Part shown: in pieces, positions 1-10,119 of the stretch
How the letters are laid out: the number at the start of each line of letters is the position of its first letter
How positions within the stretch are numbered: position 1 is the first letter of the stretch
Source of the DNA: an uncultured Alphaproteobacteria bacterium
GTDB lineage: Bacteria > Pseudomonadota > Alphaproteobacteria > Rhizobiales > Xanthobacteraceae
NCBI GenBank assembly: GCA_963821505.1
Contig: CAWGEH010000010.1
Location: forward strand, 70,496-134,495
DNA: 64,000 nucleotides
Reading direction: 5' to 3'
The notes under the pieces: generated by a model
The model's input: the letters and a program-made list of their open reading frames with translations, nothing else
What the model was told of the DNA's origin: nothing
The model's database searches: none
Made by a program: the position numbers and the translations under genes

Positions 1-244
1 CGCGGCAAAGACCAGAGCTGCATAGATCGTAAACCGTGGACATCTCCCCATAGGCGCCTCCCGCCCTTTTGCCGATAGTCTTTTGTCGATAGCGAAGCAT
101 GTTTGTGGGGGCCCCGCCAGGGCGCGCACCCGGCGATGGTGCCGCAGACCGAGCACGCGCCATTTCGTCGCGCGCGGTCCCGACCGGCTGCCACGAGCTC
201 GAGGCATTTCGGGTGCCGGCGACGCGGCGCCCGGCGCGACGATG

Positions 245-1252
245 TCAGGCCGGCGGTGGCGGCGGCTTGGAGTTGCCGGGCTTGGTCAGACTCAGCCACA
301 ATTCGCGCGAGCTGAGGATACAGAGCGCGACTAAGAACGGGAGAATGAAATAGAGGACGCGAAAAATCAGCAACGACGCGAGCAGCTCGTTCTTGTCGAA
401 CTGCGAGAGCCCCACCAACATGGCCGCGTCGAAGACGCCCAGGCTTCCGGGTGCATGGCTGACAAACCCGAGCAAGGTCGCCAGCACGAATGTGACGAGC
501 AGGGCGGCGAAGCCGATCGCGGGCTCCGCGGGCAGCAGCACATACATGGCGAGCGCACCGATCGTGAGATCCGTGATCCCGATTCCGATCTGCACGAAGG
601 TGAGGGCTGCATTGGGCAGCGTAATCTGCCAGTCGCCATAGCCTACGGTTCGCGGCCTCGGCACCAGCCACAGGACGTAGCCGACGATCGTCGCCAGTCC
701 CATGAATGCGATGGTCCGGTTGAGCCACGGCGGCAGTTGGTTCACGACGCTGGCCGCGTCCGGCGCGTAGCCCATGCTCAGGCCGAGAATGAACCCGTTT
801 CCCAGCCAGAAGGTCAGTCCGGTCACGAAGGCGATCTTCGCGACGTCGATGATGCCGAGTTCCCACGGCGAGTAGATGCGCAACCGCACCGCCCCGCCGG
901 TGAATACGGTGGCGCCGAGATTGTGCCCGATCGAGTAGCTGGTGAAGCTGGCAAGCGCGGCCACCCGGTAGGGCACTCGGGCGCGCCCGATCGTGCGGAG
1001 CGCAAAGAAATCGTAGAAGGTCAACGTCACGTATCCGGCCGCGACGAGGACGCACGCAAGCGCAATCGTGCGGGCCGTCGTCGGCCGCAGCGCGTCGATC
1101 ACCTTGTCCACGTCGACATCGCGAAGCAGGCGCGACAAGGTGATCAGGGCAACCGCGATGATCAGCAGGCTTATTGCAAGCGCAATTCGATTCCAGCCAA
1201 CCTTCGCATCGACCGCCCGCGTCACGGCGCTCATCGCGTTCAGCACGTGCAT
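245..1252 (-). CDS. UPF0104/YbhN-type polytopic membrane protein (lysyl-PG-synthase transmembrane-region family)
   Basis: Track ORF 245..1306 with about 8 hydrophobic helices and a Pro-rich C-tail. The family call is from remembered similarity. The start was set at an internal Met (MHVLNAMS) and is uncertain. Confidence 0.75.
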   Translation of the reverse strand: MHVLNAMSAVTRAVDAKVGWNRIALAISLLIIAVALITLSRLLRDVDVDKVIDALRPTTARTIALACVLVAAGYVTLTFYDFFALRTIGRARVPYRVAALASFTSYSIGHNLGATVFTGGAVRLRIYSPWELGIIDVAKIAFVTGLTFWLGNGFILGLSMGYAPDAASVVNQLPPWLNRTIAFMGLATIVGYVLWLVPRPRTVGYGDWQITLPNAALTFVQIGIGITDLTIGALAMYVLLPAEPAIGFAALLVTFVLATLLGFVSHAPGSLGVFDAAMLVGLSQFDKNELLASLLIFRVLYFILPFLVALCILSSRELWLSLTKPGNSKPPPPPA

Positions 1253-1563
1253 CCGGTGATGAGCTCTTCCGACGGTCGCGATGATTCGCGAGCGGCAACC
1301 TCCCATCTCGTTGCAACAGCAGTGTTACAGCGCCTGCGACCAGGTGGCTCGGACCGATCGCCTGGGGACTCGCGACCATGCATGAGGGCCGCATCGGGGG
1401 ATTGTCATACGGCTGAGACGTGAACTGACGATTCTCGCGACATGCGATTCGTCGAACAAACCAGTAGCCGGACCGATCCTTGGGCCGCCGGCCGTCCCGA
1501 TGGCCGATGGCGGGCCCGGCGTTGCGGCCGCGCGCAGCTCGTGGTCGAGGTCCGGGCCGCCTG

Positions 1564-2592
1564 ATGCGCGTTCTCATTGCAACCGACGCTTGGCATCCGC
1601 AGGTCAACGGCGTGGTGCGCACGCTGACGTCGCTGGCGGCGAGCGCTCGCAGGTTGGGGGTGGAGGTCGCCTTCCTGACGCCGGAGGGTTTTCCCTCGGT
1701 GCCGGTGCCAACCTATCCGGGCCTGCGCTGCGCCCTGCCGAGCCCGCGCGCGATCGCGCGCCGCATCGAGCAGGCGCGGCCGGACGCGATCCACATCGCA
1801 ACGGAAGGCAGCATCGGCTACTTGGTGCGCCGTTATTGCCTGCGGTCCGGCTTGCCGTTTACCACCAGCTATACGACGCGGTTCCCGGAATACATCTCGG
1901 TACGCTTGGCGATCCCGGAAGCATGGATCTACGCCGTCTTGCGCCGTTTTCATGCCGCCGCGACGGTCACGATGGTCTCTACGCCCTCGCTGATCGCCGA
2001 GCTGTCGCAGCGTGGCTTCAAGAATCTCGACATGTGGACGCGCGGCGTCGACACCGAGCTGTTCAGGCCCGAGCGCGCCATCGACCTCGGCTTGCCGCGG
2101 CCGATCTTTGCCTGCGTCGGACGCATCGCCGTCGAAAAGAACCTGGCGGCGTTCCTCGCGCTCGACCTGCCGGGATCGAAGGTCGTGATCGGGCAAGGTC
2201 CGCAAGAGCCCGAGCTGCGGCGGCGGTTTCCCGACGCCAAATTTCTCGGACTGCTCGACGAGAAGGTGCTGCCGGCCTACCTGGCGGGCTCCGACGTCTT
2301 CGTGTTCCCGAGCAGGACCGACACGTTCGGCGTTGTGCAGCTCGAAGCGCTCGCGTGCGGGGTGCCGGTTGCCGCCTATCCGGTCACCGGGCCCAAGGAC
2401 GTCATTGGTCAGGATCCCGTGGGGGTGCTGAACGAGGACTTGCGCGTCGCCTGCATGGGCGCCCTGCACGTCTCGCGCAAGGCCTGCCGCGCGTTCGCCC
2501 TCTGTCGCTCGTGGGAAGCGAGCGCGCGCCAGTTCATCGGCCACGTCAATCGCGTCGCGATCGATCGCTTCCGCGCCCCGCGAGCCGCCTGA
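1564..2592 (+). CDS. glycosyltransferase family 1 (GT4-type)
   Basis: N-terminus MRVLIATDAWHPQVNGVVRT and C-terminal FVFPSRTDTFGVVQLEALACGVPV (E-x7-E region) are typical of retaining GT4 enzymes. Track ORF 1480..2592 was trimmed to ATG 1564. The gene is divergent from the YbhN-like gene. Confidence 0.85.
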   Translation: MRVLIATDAWHPQVNGVVRTLTSLAASARRLGVEVAFLTPEGFPSVPVPTYPGLRCALPSPRAIARRIEQARPDAIHIATEGSIGYLVRRYCLRSGLPFTTSYTTRFPEYISVRLAIPEAWIYAVLRRFHAAATVTMVSTPSLIAELSQRGFKNLDMWTRGVDTELFRPERAIDLGLPRPIFACVGRIAVEKNLAAFLALDLPGSKVVIGQGPQEPELRRRFPDAKFLGLLDEKVLPAYLAGSDVFVFPSRTDTFGVVQLEALACGVPVAAYPVTGPKDVIGQDPVGVLNEDLRVACMGALHVSRKACRAFALCRSWEASARQFIGHVNRVAIDRFRAPRAA

Positions 2593-2643
2593 GCGCGGCG
2601 AATCCGGTCTTGACCACTCGCTGCGATGGCGCGAGCTTGCGCC

Positions 2644-3819
2644 ATGTTCGTCGCGTTCTTCCACGAGCTCAAAGCCGCCGGCGTGCCGGTAACGCTGCGC
2701 GAGTATCTCACGCTGATGGAGGCGATGGAGAAGGACCTCGCCGGCCGCCGGGTCGAGGACTTCTATTATCTGTCGCGGGCGGCGCTGATCAAGGACGAGC
2801 GCAATCTCGACAAGTTCGACCGCGTCTTCGGTCACGTGTTCAAGGGCCTCGAGCTGATGAGCGAGACGCCCGCCGCCGAAATCCCGGCCGAGTGGCTCAG
2901 GAAGCTCGCCGAAAAATACCTCACCGAGGAAGAGAAGAAGCAGATCGAGGCCATGGGGGGTCTCGACAAGCTGCTCGAGACCTTGCGCCAGCGCATGAAG
3001 GAGCAGAGGGGCCGCCATCAGGGCGGCAAGAAGTGGATCGGCACCGCCGGCACGTCGCCGTTCGGCGCCTACGGCTACAACCCGGAAGGCGTTCGCATCG
3101 GCCAGGACCAGAATCGCAATTTCCGCGCGCTCAAGGTCTGGGACCGGCGCGAGTTCAAGGACCTCGACGATCGTGTCGAGCTGGGCACGCGCAACATCAA
3201 GATCGCGCTGCGCCGCTTGCGCAGGTTCGCGCGCACCGGCGCGCCCGAGGAGCTCGATCTCGACGGCACCATCAAGGGCACGGCGCACAAGGGCTATCTC
3301 GATATCCTGATGCGGCCGGAGCGGCACAATGCGGTGAAGGTTCTGTTGTTCTTCGATGTCGGCGGCTCGATGGACTGGCACGTCAAGGCGACCGAGGAGC
3401 TGTTCTCGGCCGCGCGCACCGAGTTCAAGCATATGGAGCAGCTCTATTTCCACAATTGCCTGTACGAGAGGGTGTGGAGGGAAAACCGCCGCCGCTTCGA
3501 CCACGTCACGCCGACCTGGGATGTGCTGCACATGTATCCGCACGACTACAAGGCGATCTTCGTGGGGGATGCCTCGATGTCGCCCTACGAGGTCATGGCC
3601 CCGGGCGGCTCGGTCGAGCACTATAACGAGGAAACCGGCGCCGTTTGGATGGAACGCGTCGCGCGCACCTACCCCGCCTGCGTCTGGCTCAATCCGGTGG
3701 CGGAGAAGGAGTGGGACCACACCCAATCGATCGGCCTCATGCGCCAGCTCATGGGCGGACGGATGTACCCGCTGACGCTCGAGGGCCTGGACCGGGCGAT
3801 GCGGGAATTGGTGCGGTAA
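2644..3819 (+). CDS. VWA domain-containing CoxE-like protein (COG3825 type)
   Basis: MFVAFFHELKAAGVPVTLREYLTLMEAM N-terminus and C-terminal VWA region (LLFFDVGGSMDWH) match this family. The start was moved to the Met at 2644. No partner MoxR-type ATPase is present in the window. Confidence 0.8.
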   Translation: MFVAFFHELKAAGVPVTLREYLTLMEAMEKDLAGRRVEDFYYLSRAALIKDERNLDKFDRVFGHVFKGLELMSETPAAEIPAEWLRKLAEKYLTEEEKKQIEAMGGLDKLLETLRQRMKEQRGRHQGGKKWIGTAGTSPFGAYGYNPEGVRIGQDQNRNFRALKVWDRREFKDLDDRVELGTRNIKIALRRLRRFARTGAPEELDLDGTIKGTAHKGYLDILMRPERHNAVKVLLFFDVGGSMDWHVKATEELFSAARTEFKHMEQLYFHNCLYERVWRENRRRFDHVTPTWDVLHMYPHDYKAIFVGDASMSPYEVMAPGGSVEHYNEETGAVWMERVARTYPACVWLNPVAEKEWDHTQSIGLMRQLMGGRMYPLTLEGLDRAMRELVR

Positions 3820-3857
3820 GGGGACGAGAAGTAGTCGGTATCCCTCGGATCACTCCA

Positions 3858-6767
3858 TTAATCGTTTGTGATGATATCCATGGTCGCTCTTTCCACAGTC
3901 AGCCGCCGGCCGTCTCGCTGTTCGGCGGTAACGAGCACCTCGCCCGGCAGATGCCGAACCGGAATGTCGACGGAGAACGACCCGTCGGCTTGAACCGGGA
4001 CACGTTCCGCGACGACTTCGTTGTCGAAACGGATCCGCACCAGGGTTTCCGGACCCGAGCTCGGAAGGAAGTTCGTTCCGATCACACGCGCCGTTTCACC
4101 TGCTTCGATCAAAGACGCTCCGGGCTTGTCTGCGCTGAAGACGAAAACCATCGGCGTTCGAGCAGGCGCAAACGGCAGTTCCCCGCTCGCAGCGATCACC
4201 TGCCGGAGGCGCGTTCCTTCCAGAATTAGCCCGCGAACTCGGCGGGATCCGGTCACTGCGCGGCTCCGGATTCGCTCCGCGAGTTTGCCGTCACCGGGCC
4301 GATAAATGTTCGGAACAACAAGCGGAATTTCACGTCCGGATCTGTCGATTTGCGAAATCGTTCCTCCGGAGATTGCAATCTCCTGGACGTTGTCGCCGGA
4401 AATCTGGAGGTCTGTCACCCAACCATTGCGGACAATTATCATCGAGCAGGCGGAACAAACCGCTGGATCATCCAATCCGCGGAACGGCTGGCTCGAACCG
4501 GTGCCGGGATCGATCGCGACCGTAGTTTCGACCGGAGCTTCAGCCACGACTGCACCGGGAAAACGACATCGCCCGGCGTCGGCTCCGCTTTGTCGAGGCA
4601 GGTCCAATGTCCAGAGACCGCGACCATTCGTAGATACCCAGATGGCACCCGTCGGCGGGAAATAGAACGAGCTAACGTAGGTGACTGGCTTCGATCCCGC
4701 GATCTCGGCCCACGTGTTGCCCCCGTCCGTGGATCTGATGATGCCGTTCTGGATCGTGCCAACGAGTATGTGACACGAATCATAGGGGTCCCATGCGATC
4801 ACACTTGCAAGGGAGAGCTCGGATAAGGCGAAGAGATATTGCCCGCCACCCGTAACTGTCTGGGTGAGTTGTGGCAGTGGATGCCACGTAACGCCGCCAT
4901 CAGCCGAAAACTTCATCTCACCGCCATCGACGTCGGGCGCAATCAAATGATCCGGATTTTTGGGGTCCGCACCAAAGACCACGTATCTGGCTATCGGTGT
5001 GCGAAGGGATCCGAGCGCGACATTTCCCAAGGCATCTGCAGGGGTCACCGTCGCCTGGCCGGCGAGGCCCGCCGCTCGCATCAGGCCCAACCGCAAGCCT
5101 CCGTTGGGAAGCGATCCCGGTCGCTGCACGCCTTGATAGAGGACTGGAGTTCCAGCCGGTCCCGCAAACACGGATGCGCCCTTCGGTGCGAGCAGTAGCG
5201 AGAAGGACTTGGACCAGGAAACACCGGCTGTCGAGGTGAAGTAGAAGTCGAAGCTTGGCGGGGACGCTGCTGCGTTGGAAACGTCCTGGAGATACGAATC
5301 GCCATCGATCAGGAACGGCGCGTCGGCCTGGTTTGCTGGGTTACCGGCCGGGGCGTTGGGCCAGCCCCTGACATTTTCGAACTGAGGCCCCGCGACGAAG
5401 TTGAAGCACGGGCCGCAAGCCGACCCGGTGACCTTGGGCCGAAAGTCGATAGATCCGGAGCTCACGCGGATAAAGCGTCCCTCACAGCAGATCGATCCCG
5501 TCCACGACTGACCACCGTCGGAGGAGGCCTTGAGATCGTTGTCCTGCGTCGCGTAATAGAGGTCCTGATGCGCAGGCGGTCCTGGGAACGCCTGGCCGGT
5601 CACCTCGGCGATTTGTAGCGCGTCAAAGCCGCCATACCCGCCGCCAGTGAGTGTCCACGTTCCTCCTTGATCGGAGGTTCGATGCACGCCCCCGTCGGTG
5701 GCAAGGAGGACGGGGACCGTAAGATCCAAATCGAAGGCGATGTCCGAAGGATCGTCGTGGTCTGATGTAAGGTCAGTCCAGCCGCCGGTGCCTGCCAGCC
5801 CGGCAATCGAGAATGTCTGACGATGCAGTTTGGCTCCGTCTCCGTAATAGACGTCGAATTTGCTTTGATCCCCGGATAATGAGCGGGCCACGCGGACGAA
5901 AGCCTCTCTGGTATTGACACTCGGTGCCGTGATCTGAGTCCAGCTCGCTCCGCCGTCGGACGAAAGCCAGAGCTTCTGGCCCCCGCTCGCGTGCAAGAAG
6001 ATCGAACTAGGGCCGCTCCACCACGGCGCTGCGAACGCGTGAGTGACCGGCACCTGTCCCGAGGTAGAGACGTCTTGGGCCTTCGTCCACACGCCGTTGC
6101 TGTTGAGGTACCACAGCCCGGCATCAGCGGCCGCGACGCCGGATGTCCGATTGATGACCAACACGGAACGTACGCGGTTTCGAAACGGATCGGAGCCACC
6201 GGTGTTGGCATCCAAAACGATATGAGACCAAGTAGCACCGTCGTCGTTGCTCACTGCTAACCCGCAATCGGTCCCCACGTAGAACGTGCGCGAAAGCGGC
6301 ATGTGCGAGATCCCGTAAGCACCGGGACGGTCGGGGCAATCCGGACCTGGCGGCGGCGCCCAGCCCGACGGCTGACCCCAGCTGCCGCCGCCATCGGTGC
6401 TTCGCCAAATCCCACCATCGTTAAGGGTCCGATACTGCGGCTGGGTCGTCGCAATGATCGTGTCCGGAGCCAAGGACGCAATCGCCACGTCGATCGTTTT
6501 GAAATTGGGCAAGCCATCCAGGTGCTGCCAACTATTTCCCCCGTCGAAGGTACGAAAGAGTCCGCCGGTCTCCGTCGCGACGACCATCCGCTGACCGTTG
6601 TTGGATGTGAGGGCGATGGATAGCGCCCGGCCGCCCTGAGCTACTCTCGGCGGTGCAATCGTCACGGGTCCGGACGAGCAGGCGGCCAAAAACGCCGCCA
6701 ACGCCAACAATCCGGCCCCAAGCCCGCGCCGACTGATCCGTGACAAAACCCTGGACTGTATGCTCAT
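3858..6767 (-). CDS. BNR/Asp-box repeat lipoprotein with C-terminal IPT/TIG-like domain
   Basis: 969-aa ORF with a lipobox in LLALAAFLAAC. Eight Asp-box motifs are present (FDGGNSW, STDGGGSW, SNDDGATW, SSDGGASW, TSDQGGTW, SSDGGQSW, SADGGVTW, STDGGNTW). The last ~90 aa (VIGTNFLPSSGPETLVRIRFDNEVV...GEVLVTAEQ) look like a beta-sandwich IPT/TIG domain. Confidence 0.8.
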   Translation of the reverse strand: MSIQSRVLSRISRRGLGAGLLALAAFLAACSSGPVTIAPPRVAQGGRALSIALTSNNGQRMVVATETGGLFRTFDGGNSWQHLDGLPNFKTIDVAIASLAPDTIIATTQPQYRTLNDGGIWRSTDGGGSWGQPSGWAPPPGPDCPDRPGAYGISHMPLSRTFYVGTDCGLAVSNDDGATWSHIVLDANTGGSDPFRNRVRSVLVINRTSGVAAADAGLWYLNSNGVWTKAQDVSTSGQVPVTHAFAAPWWSGPSSIFLHASGGQKLWLSSDGGASWTQITAPSVNTREAFVRVARSLSGDQSKFDVYYGDGAKLHRQTFSIAGLAGTGGWTDLTSDHDDPSDIAFDLDLTVPVLLATDGGVHRTSDQGGTWTLTGGGYGGFDALQIAEVTGQAFPGPPAHQDLYYATQDNDLKASSDGGQSWTGSICCEGRFIRVSSGSIDFRPKVTGSACGPCFNFVAGPQFENVRGWPNAPAGNPANQADAPFLIDGDSYLQDVSNAAASPPSFDFYFTSTAGVSWSKSFSLLLAPKGASVFAGPAGTPVLYQGVQRPGSLPNGGLRLGLMRAAGLAGQATVTPADALGNVALGSLRTPIARYVVFGADPKNPDHLIAPDVDGGEMKFSADGGVTWHPLPQLTQTVTGGGQYLFALSELSLASVIAWDPYDSCHILVGTIQNGIIRSTDGGNTWAEIAGSKPVTYVSSFYFPPTGAIWVSTNGRGLWTLDLPRQSGADAGRCRFPGAVVAEAPVETTVAIDPGTGSSQPFRGLDDPAVCSACSMIIVRNGWVTDLQISGDNVQEIAISGGTISQIDRSGREIPLVVPNIYRPGDGKLAERIRSRAVTGSRRVRGLILEGTRLRQVIAASGELPFAPARTPMVFVFSADKPGASLIEAGETARVIGTNFLPSSGPETLVRIRFDNEVVAERVPVQADGSFSVDIPVRHLPGEVLVTAEQRDGRRLTVERATMDIITND

Positions 6768-7085
6768 GACCTATCCAAGAGGTCCTGATCTGCAATTCGC
6801 AGCTGCGCTCCAGATTGGCGACAACCTTAGCGATTTTCTGCATCCTCTGGAAGCGGAAACTCGAGTGAGATTCGGCGCGACAGCCGGCCGCGACCGCCCT
6901 GTGCGCGACGCGTTCGAGCTTTTCCAAAATTCCGTCCTCCTGCAGGAGGCTGTCGAGCGTCGACCCGCGGTGATCGAGCTTCTTCTTGCGCTTGCGAGTA
7001 ACGCCAAGCTGCTTTCGCGCGCGCGCGAGAGAAAAAACGCGCGAGACGGAAATATGAATTCACGCGCGTGTCGGCGCGCGTCCGC

Positions 7086-7982
7086 TCATAGATTGCTAGG
7101 CGTCCCGACCCAGCGGCCCATGCGCGCCAGGTGGCGGGAGATCGCAATATCGGTGACGCGGCCGATCAGATTCGCCACTGGAACCGGACCGTGCGCGACC
7201 GTATCGCGACTGTCGACGCTGTCCGTGCGGTTGTCGCCCAAGACATAAACATGTCCCGGCGGCACCCGGATTTCCGGCAGATCGGCAAAGCGTCCCCGTA
7301 CGGGACCGGCCTCGACATAGGGTTCCTCCACCATCATCCCATTGACGATGGCGCGACCACCCTTGATGGCGATGCGGTCACCTTCCACCGCGACGATGCG
7401 CTTGATGTAATGAAGGTGCGGCTGCTTCGGGTGGATGTACACCGCGACCTCGCCCCGACTGGGCGGACGGGTGCGGTAGTAGCTTGCATCGGCGAGAAAA
7501 TACTCGCCTGCCTGCAGCGTGGGTTCCATGCTGGGAGTAAGGGCGTTCAGCAACAGGAGTTGACCCGACGCTTTGGCGTGCACCGCGTAGATGCAGGGGG
7601 CCGCAAAGACGAGGCAGGCGAGCACAAACACGCCAGCATAGGTCGTCCAGCGATGATAGCCTTCATGCGGATAATCGCGCATCCGCTGGGCGCGCAGAAC
7701 CGCGTCCACCATGATGTACAGCCATAGCCCGAACAGGAGCGTGAGGCTGACGGCAAACATCCAAAAGCGCGCCAGCACCCCCATCATCGCGAACATCACC
7801 AGCGTGTCCGCGATCATGACGAGGACGAACAACGTGATGCCGCGCCGTGCCTGACCGATATAAACGTGACCCAGTCCCGGCGTGAGCACCGTCAGCAACG
7901 CCGTCACCCAAGGGGACGGGCCGCGTCGCGCGTTTGTTCGGTTGTTCGCCTCGGCCGATGCATAATCGGCAAGCGATGTCAT
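7086..7982 (-). CDS. lepB: signal peptidase I (S26) with N-terminal multi-TM extension
   Basis: Catalytic Ser box PSMEPTL, Lys box YIKRIVAVEGD and GDNRTDSVDSRD box are present. A ~150-aa N-terminal extension has 3-4 TM helices and a PGLGHVYIGQARRG motif. The start was set at ATG 7982, preceded by GGAG; the track ORF starts at 8024. Confidence 0.85.
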   Translation of the reverse strand: MTSLADYASAEANNRTNARRGPSPWVTALLTVLTPGLGHVYIGQARRGITLFVLVMIADTLVMFAMMGVLARFWMFAVSLTLLFGLWLYIMVDAVLRAQRMRDYPHEGYHRWTTYAGVFVLACLVFAAPCIYAVHAKASGQLLLLNALTPSMEPTLQAGEYFLADASYYRTRPPSRGEVAVYIHPKQPHLHYIKRIVAVEGDRIAIKGGRAIVNGMMVEEPYVEAGPVRGRFADLPEIRVPPGHVYVLGDNRTDSVDSRDTVAHGPVPVANLIGRVTDIAISRHLARMGRWVGTPSNL

Positions 7983-8187
7983 CAAGATCTCCGGATTTAG
8001 CCGTGCGCGCGCTGCAACGGACAAGCTGAGGTCGCACCCCTGCTCGACTATTAGTCTCGCGAGGGTCGATTAGGTTCGACCGCAGGCGGTAATTTCTTTC
8101 CGGAACTCATGCTATCAGAGGGGGTTTCTGCCCCATTTGATAAACTTTTAGTTGTAGAAGACCGCAGCCGCCCGCAGCTGGTCGCTG

Positions 8188-9186
8188 TCAGCGCCGTGCC
8201 GTCAGATAGGCCCCGAGCAGCGCCATGAGGGCTGCAATGGCGAGCGCGGCAAGCCTTGCCGCCGCGGTCACGCCGGGACCCACCTCGGCCGCTGCCCCGA
8301 CGGAATGGCCGATATGCGCGAGCAGCAATAGGATGAGCGCGCCCGCGACCCACCGCAGCAGGCGATGACGCCGCCAGGGCAGGGGAAGCCGGCTCAGCGC
8401 GGCTGCAACTGCCCCGCTCACGATGGAGGCGCACCCGGCAATGGCCCACCAGGGACCCGCCGTGCGCAGTTGCCGCGCCTTGGCGGAGAACAGATTTTCC
8501 CCCAGGGCCGCGAGGTTTTTGACACCGATGCCCGGGATCGTCTCAAGCCGCTTGCTCGCCTCGTTCGAGCGGTGCTGCGTCTTGATTTGTTTCTCGATCG
8601 ATCCGATCAGCGTTTGCACGGCCTGAAGCTGCGCCGCCAGCACAATGACGCTCGCGCGTGCATCGATCGGCAAGCGCGCATCCTTTTCGTCCGCCACGAT
8701 CGAGAGCAATTCCTTCACCCCTTTGTCGCCCTGCGCAGCCACAATGCCGAGTTCGGCCAGATGCGCGCGCAACGCGTTGATCGACTGGGTGCGTTGGCGC
8801 ATCAGCAGATCGCGCGTACGGTGCTGCATCAACTGACCTTGCTGCTCGGCCGACTTGATCCGCACGAAACGCATGGTCGGGCGCCGCACCGCCTCACAGA
8901 TCGCCTCGGCGTCGGCGGCATCGTTCTTGTTGCGCTTGACGTAGGCCTTCACGTCTTTTGCTGGCATCAGCCGCACCCGGTGGCCGAGCTTCGTGAGCTC
9001 GCGCGCCCAATAATGAGCCGTGGCGCAGGCCTCCATGCCGATGAGGCACGGCGGCAGCGCTTTGAAGAACGCCAGCACCTGGCTACGCCGGAGTTGCTTC
9101 CTGACAACGACCGTCTCGTTGGCGTCGATGCCGTGGACCTGAAACACGTTCTTGGCGATATCCAACCCGATCGTGGTAATTTGCAT
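8188..9186 (-). pseudogene. IS110-family transposase, 3'-truncated and fused to an unrelated hydrophobic tail
   Basis: The first ~235 codons (MQITTIGLDIAKNVFQVHG...LETIPGIGV) match DEDD-type IS110 transposases. The rest of the C-terminal domain is missing. From ~8500 the frame continues into GPWWAIAGCASIVSGAV...ALLGAYLTARR. Confidence 0.75.
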
Positions 9187-9494
9187 TTGGACGGCTCCCC
9201 TCATGTGATTTGCTTCCGACGAAGCACCCTATGGCACATCGATGCCGGGAGCGGGCGCCGTCCACCACATCAAAACCGGCTTGGCTCAGGTAGATTTGCA
9301 GCGCGAGCGCAGCCAGCACTCCGCAGGTGAGGGCGGTGGTATAGATCAAAGCTGGCGGCAGCGCGATCGGGGATCGCTCTCGGGTGCGCGTCTGCATGCC
9401 GGTGATGCCGGAAAAGCCCCTCAGACGCAGCGATGCCCGGGCAGGGCCCGGGCATCATCAGAACCGTCGCAGGCCTGCACGGTCCACGGTTCGT

Positions 9495-9887
9495 TCAGCT
9501 CCGGCGTTCGGCCTGCCATACGCCGGAGCAGGCGCCATTTCCGCCGCTCCACGAGCCGCCGCCACGGGTGGCGGCGAGGCGGCCGGTGCCGGTCGCGGTG
9601 TTATCGCCGGTGCTGACGTTCACGGTGACCATGCCATTCTTGCCGACCTTGCCGGTGATGCTGACGGTGGCGGTGCCGGCATTGCCCACGGTGCCCCTCG
9701 TGATGCGGATGGGATAGCGATAGGACGGATCGCAGATGCCTTCCTTGGTGATGATCACCACGCTCCAGACCCCGTCGTAGCTCGGCACGGCCTCGGCCGG
9801 GCGAACGGTGGGCAGCCCGGCCGCAGCCGCCAGCGCGGCCAGCACCAGCAGGCCTCGTGTCCGAGTGATAATTCGGGAATAAGTCAT
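9495..9887 (-). CDS. small exported Gly/Ser/Thr-rich two-Cys protein, paralog A
   Basis: 130 codons from ATG 9887 with a signal peptide (LLVLAALAAAAGLPTVRPAEA). Conserved blocks DG-x-WSV-x-ITK-x-G-x-CD-x-SYRY, GRL, RGGG-x-W and CSGVW are shared with 15725..16102. Confidence 0.6.
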   Translation of the reverse strand: MTYSRIITRTRGLLVLAALAAAAGLPTVRPAEAVPSYDGVWSVVIITKEGICDPSYRYPIRITRGTVGNAGTATVSITGKVGKNGMVTVNVSTGDNTATGTGRLAATRGGGSWSGGNGACSGVWQAERRS

Positions 9888-10119
9888 TCCAGCCCCTCCT
9901 GTTTTCCTGCCGGGCGCTGCCCCCTCTGGGCGTAACGGCAGCAAACACAGTCGATCCTCTATGCGCCATCTCGTTAGTCGTACGATGACCGCAATTGGTT
10001 CAAACGGCGTCGCCGGGAACCTGAAAAACGCGGGCGCAGCGCGGGGCGCCGGCAGTGCGTTGCCAAGGCGCGCGAAACCGCCAAACTGTCGGTGCCCGCC
10101 GCCAATGGAGAGAACGACC

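Noticed and set aside
1-51. Possible gene start on the minus strand (ATG at 51 preceded by GGGAGG) running off the window
   Set aside because: Only 17 codons are visible, so it cannot be identified or supported.
455-1423. 322-aa plus-strand ORF
   Set aside because: It is antisense to the YbhN-like membrane protein and is Arg/Asp/Gly-rich.
1405-3726. 773-aa ORF on the minus strand
   Set aside because: It is antisense to the well-supported glycosyltransferase and VWA genes. It is Arg/Ala/Gly/Asp-rich and low-complexity with no recognisable motif. This is a typical high-GC shadow frame.
6768-7085. Antitoxin/HTH-like reading (KKLDHRGSTLDSLLQEDGILEKLERVAHRAV) on the minus strand between lepB and the BNR gene
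   Set aside because: There is no credible start. The frame has no stop before running into the BNR gene, and the downstream part loses resemblance. At best it is a decayed remnant.
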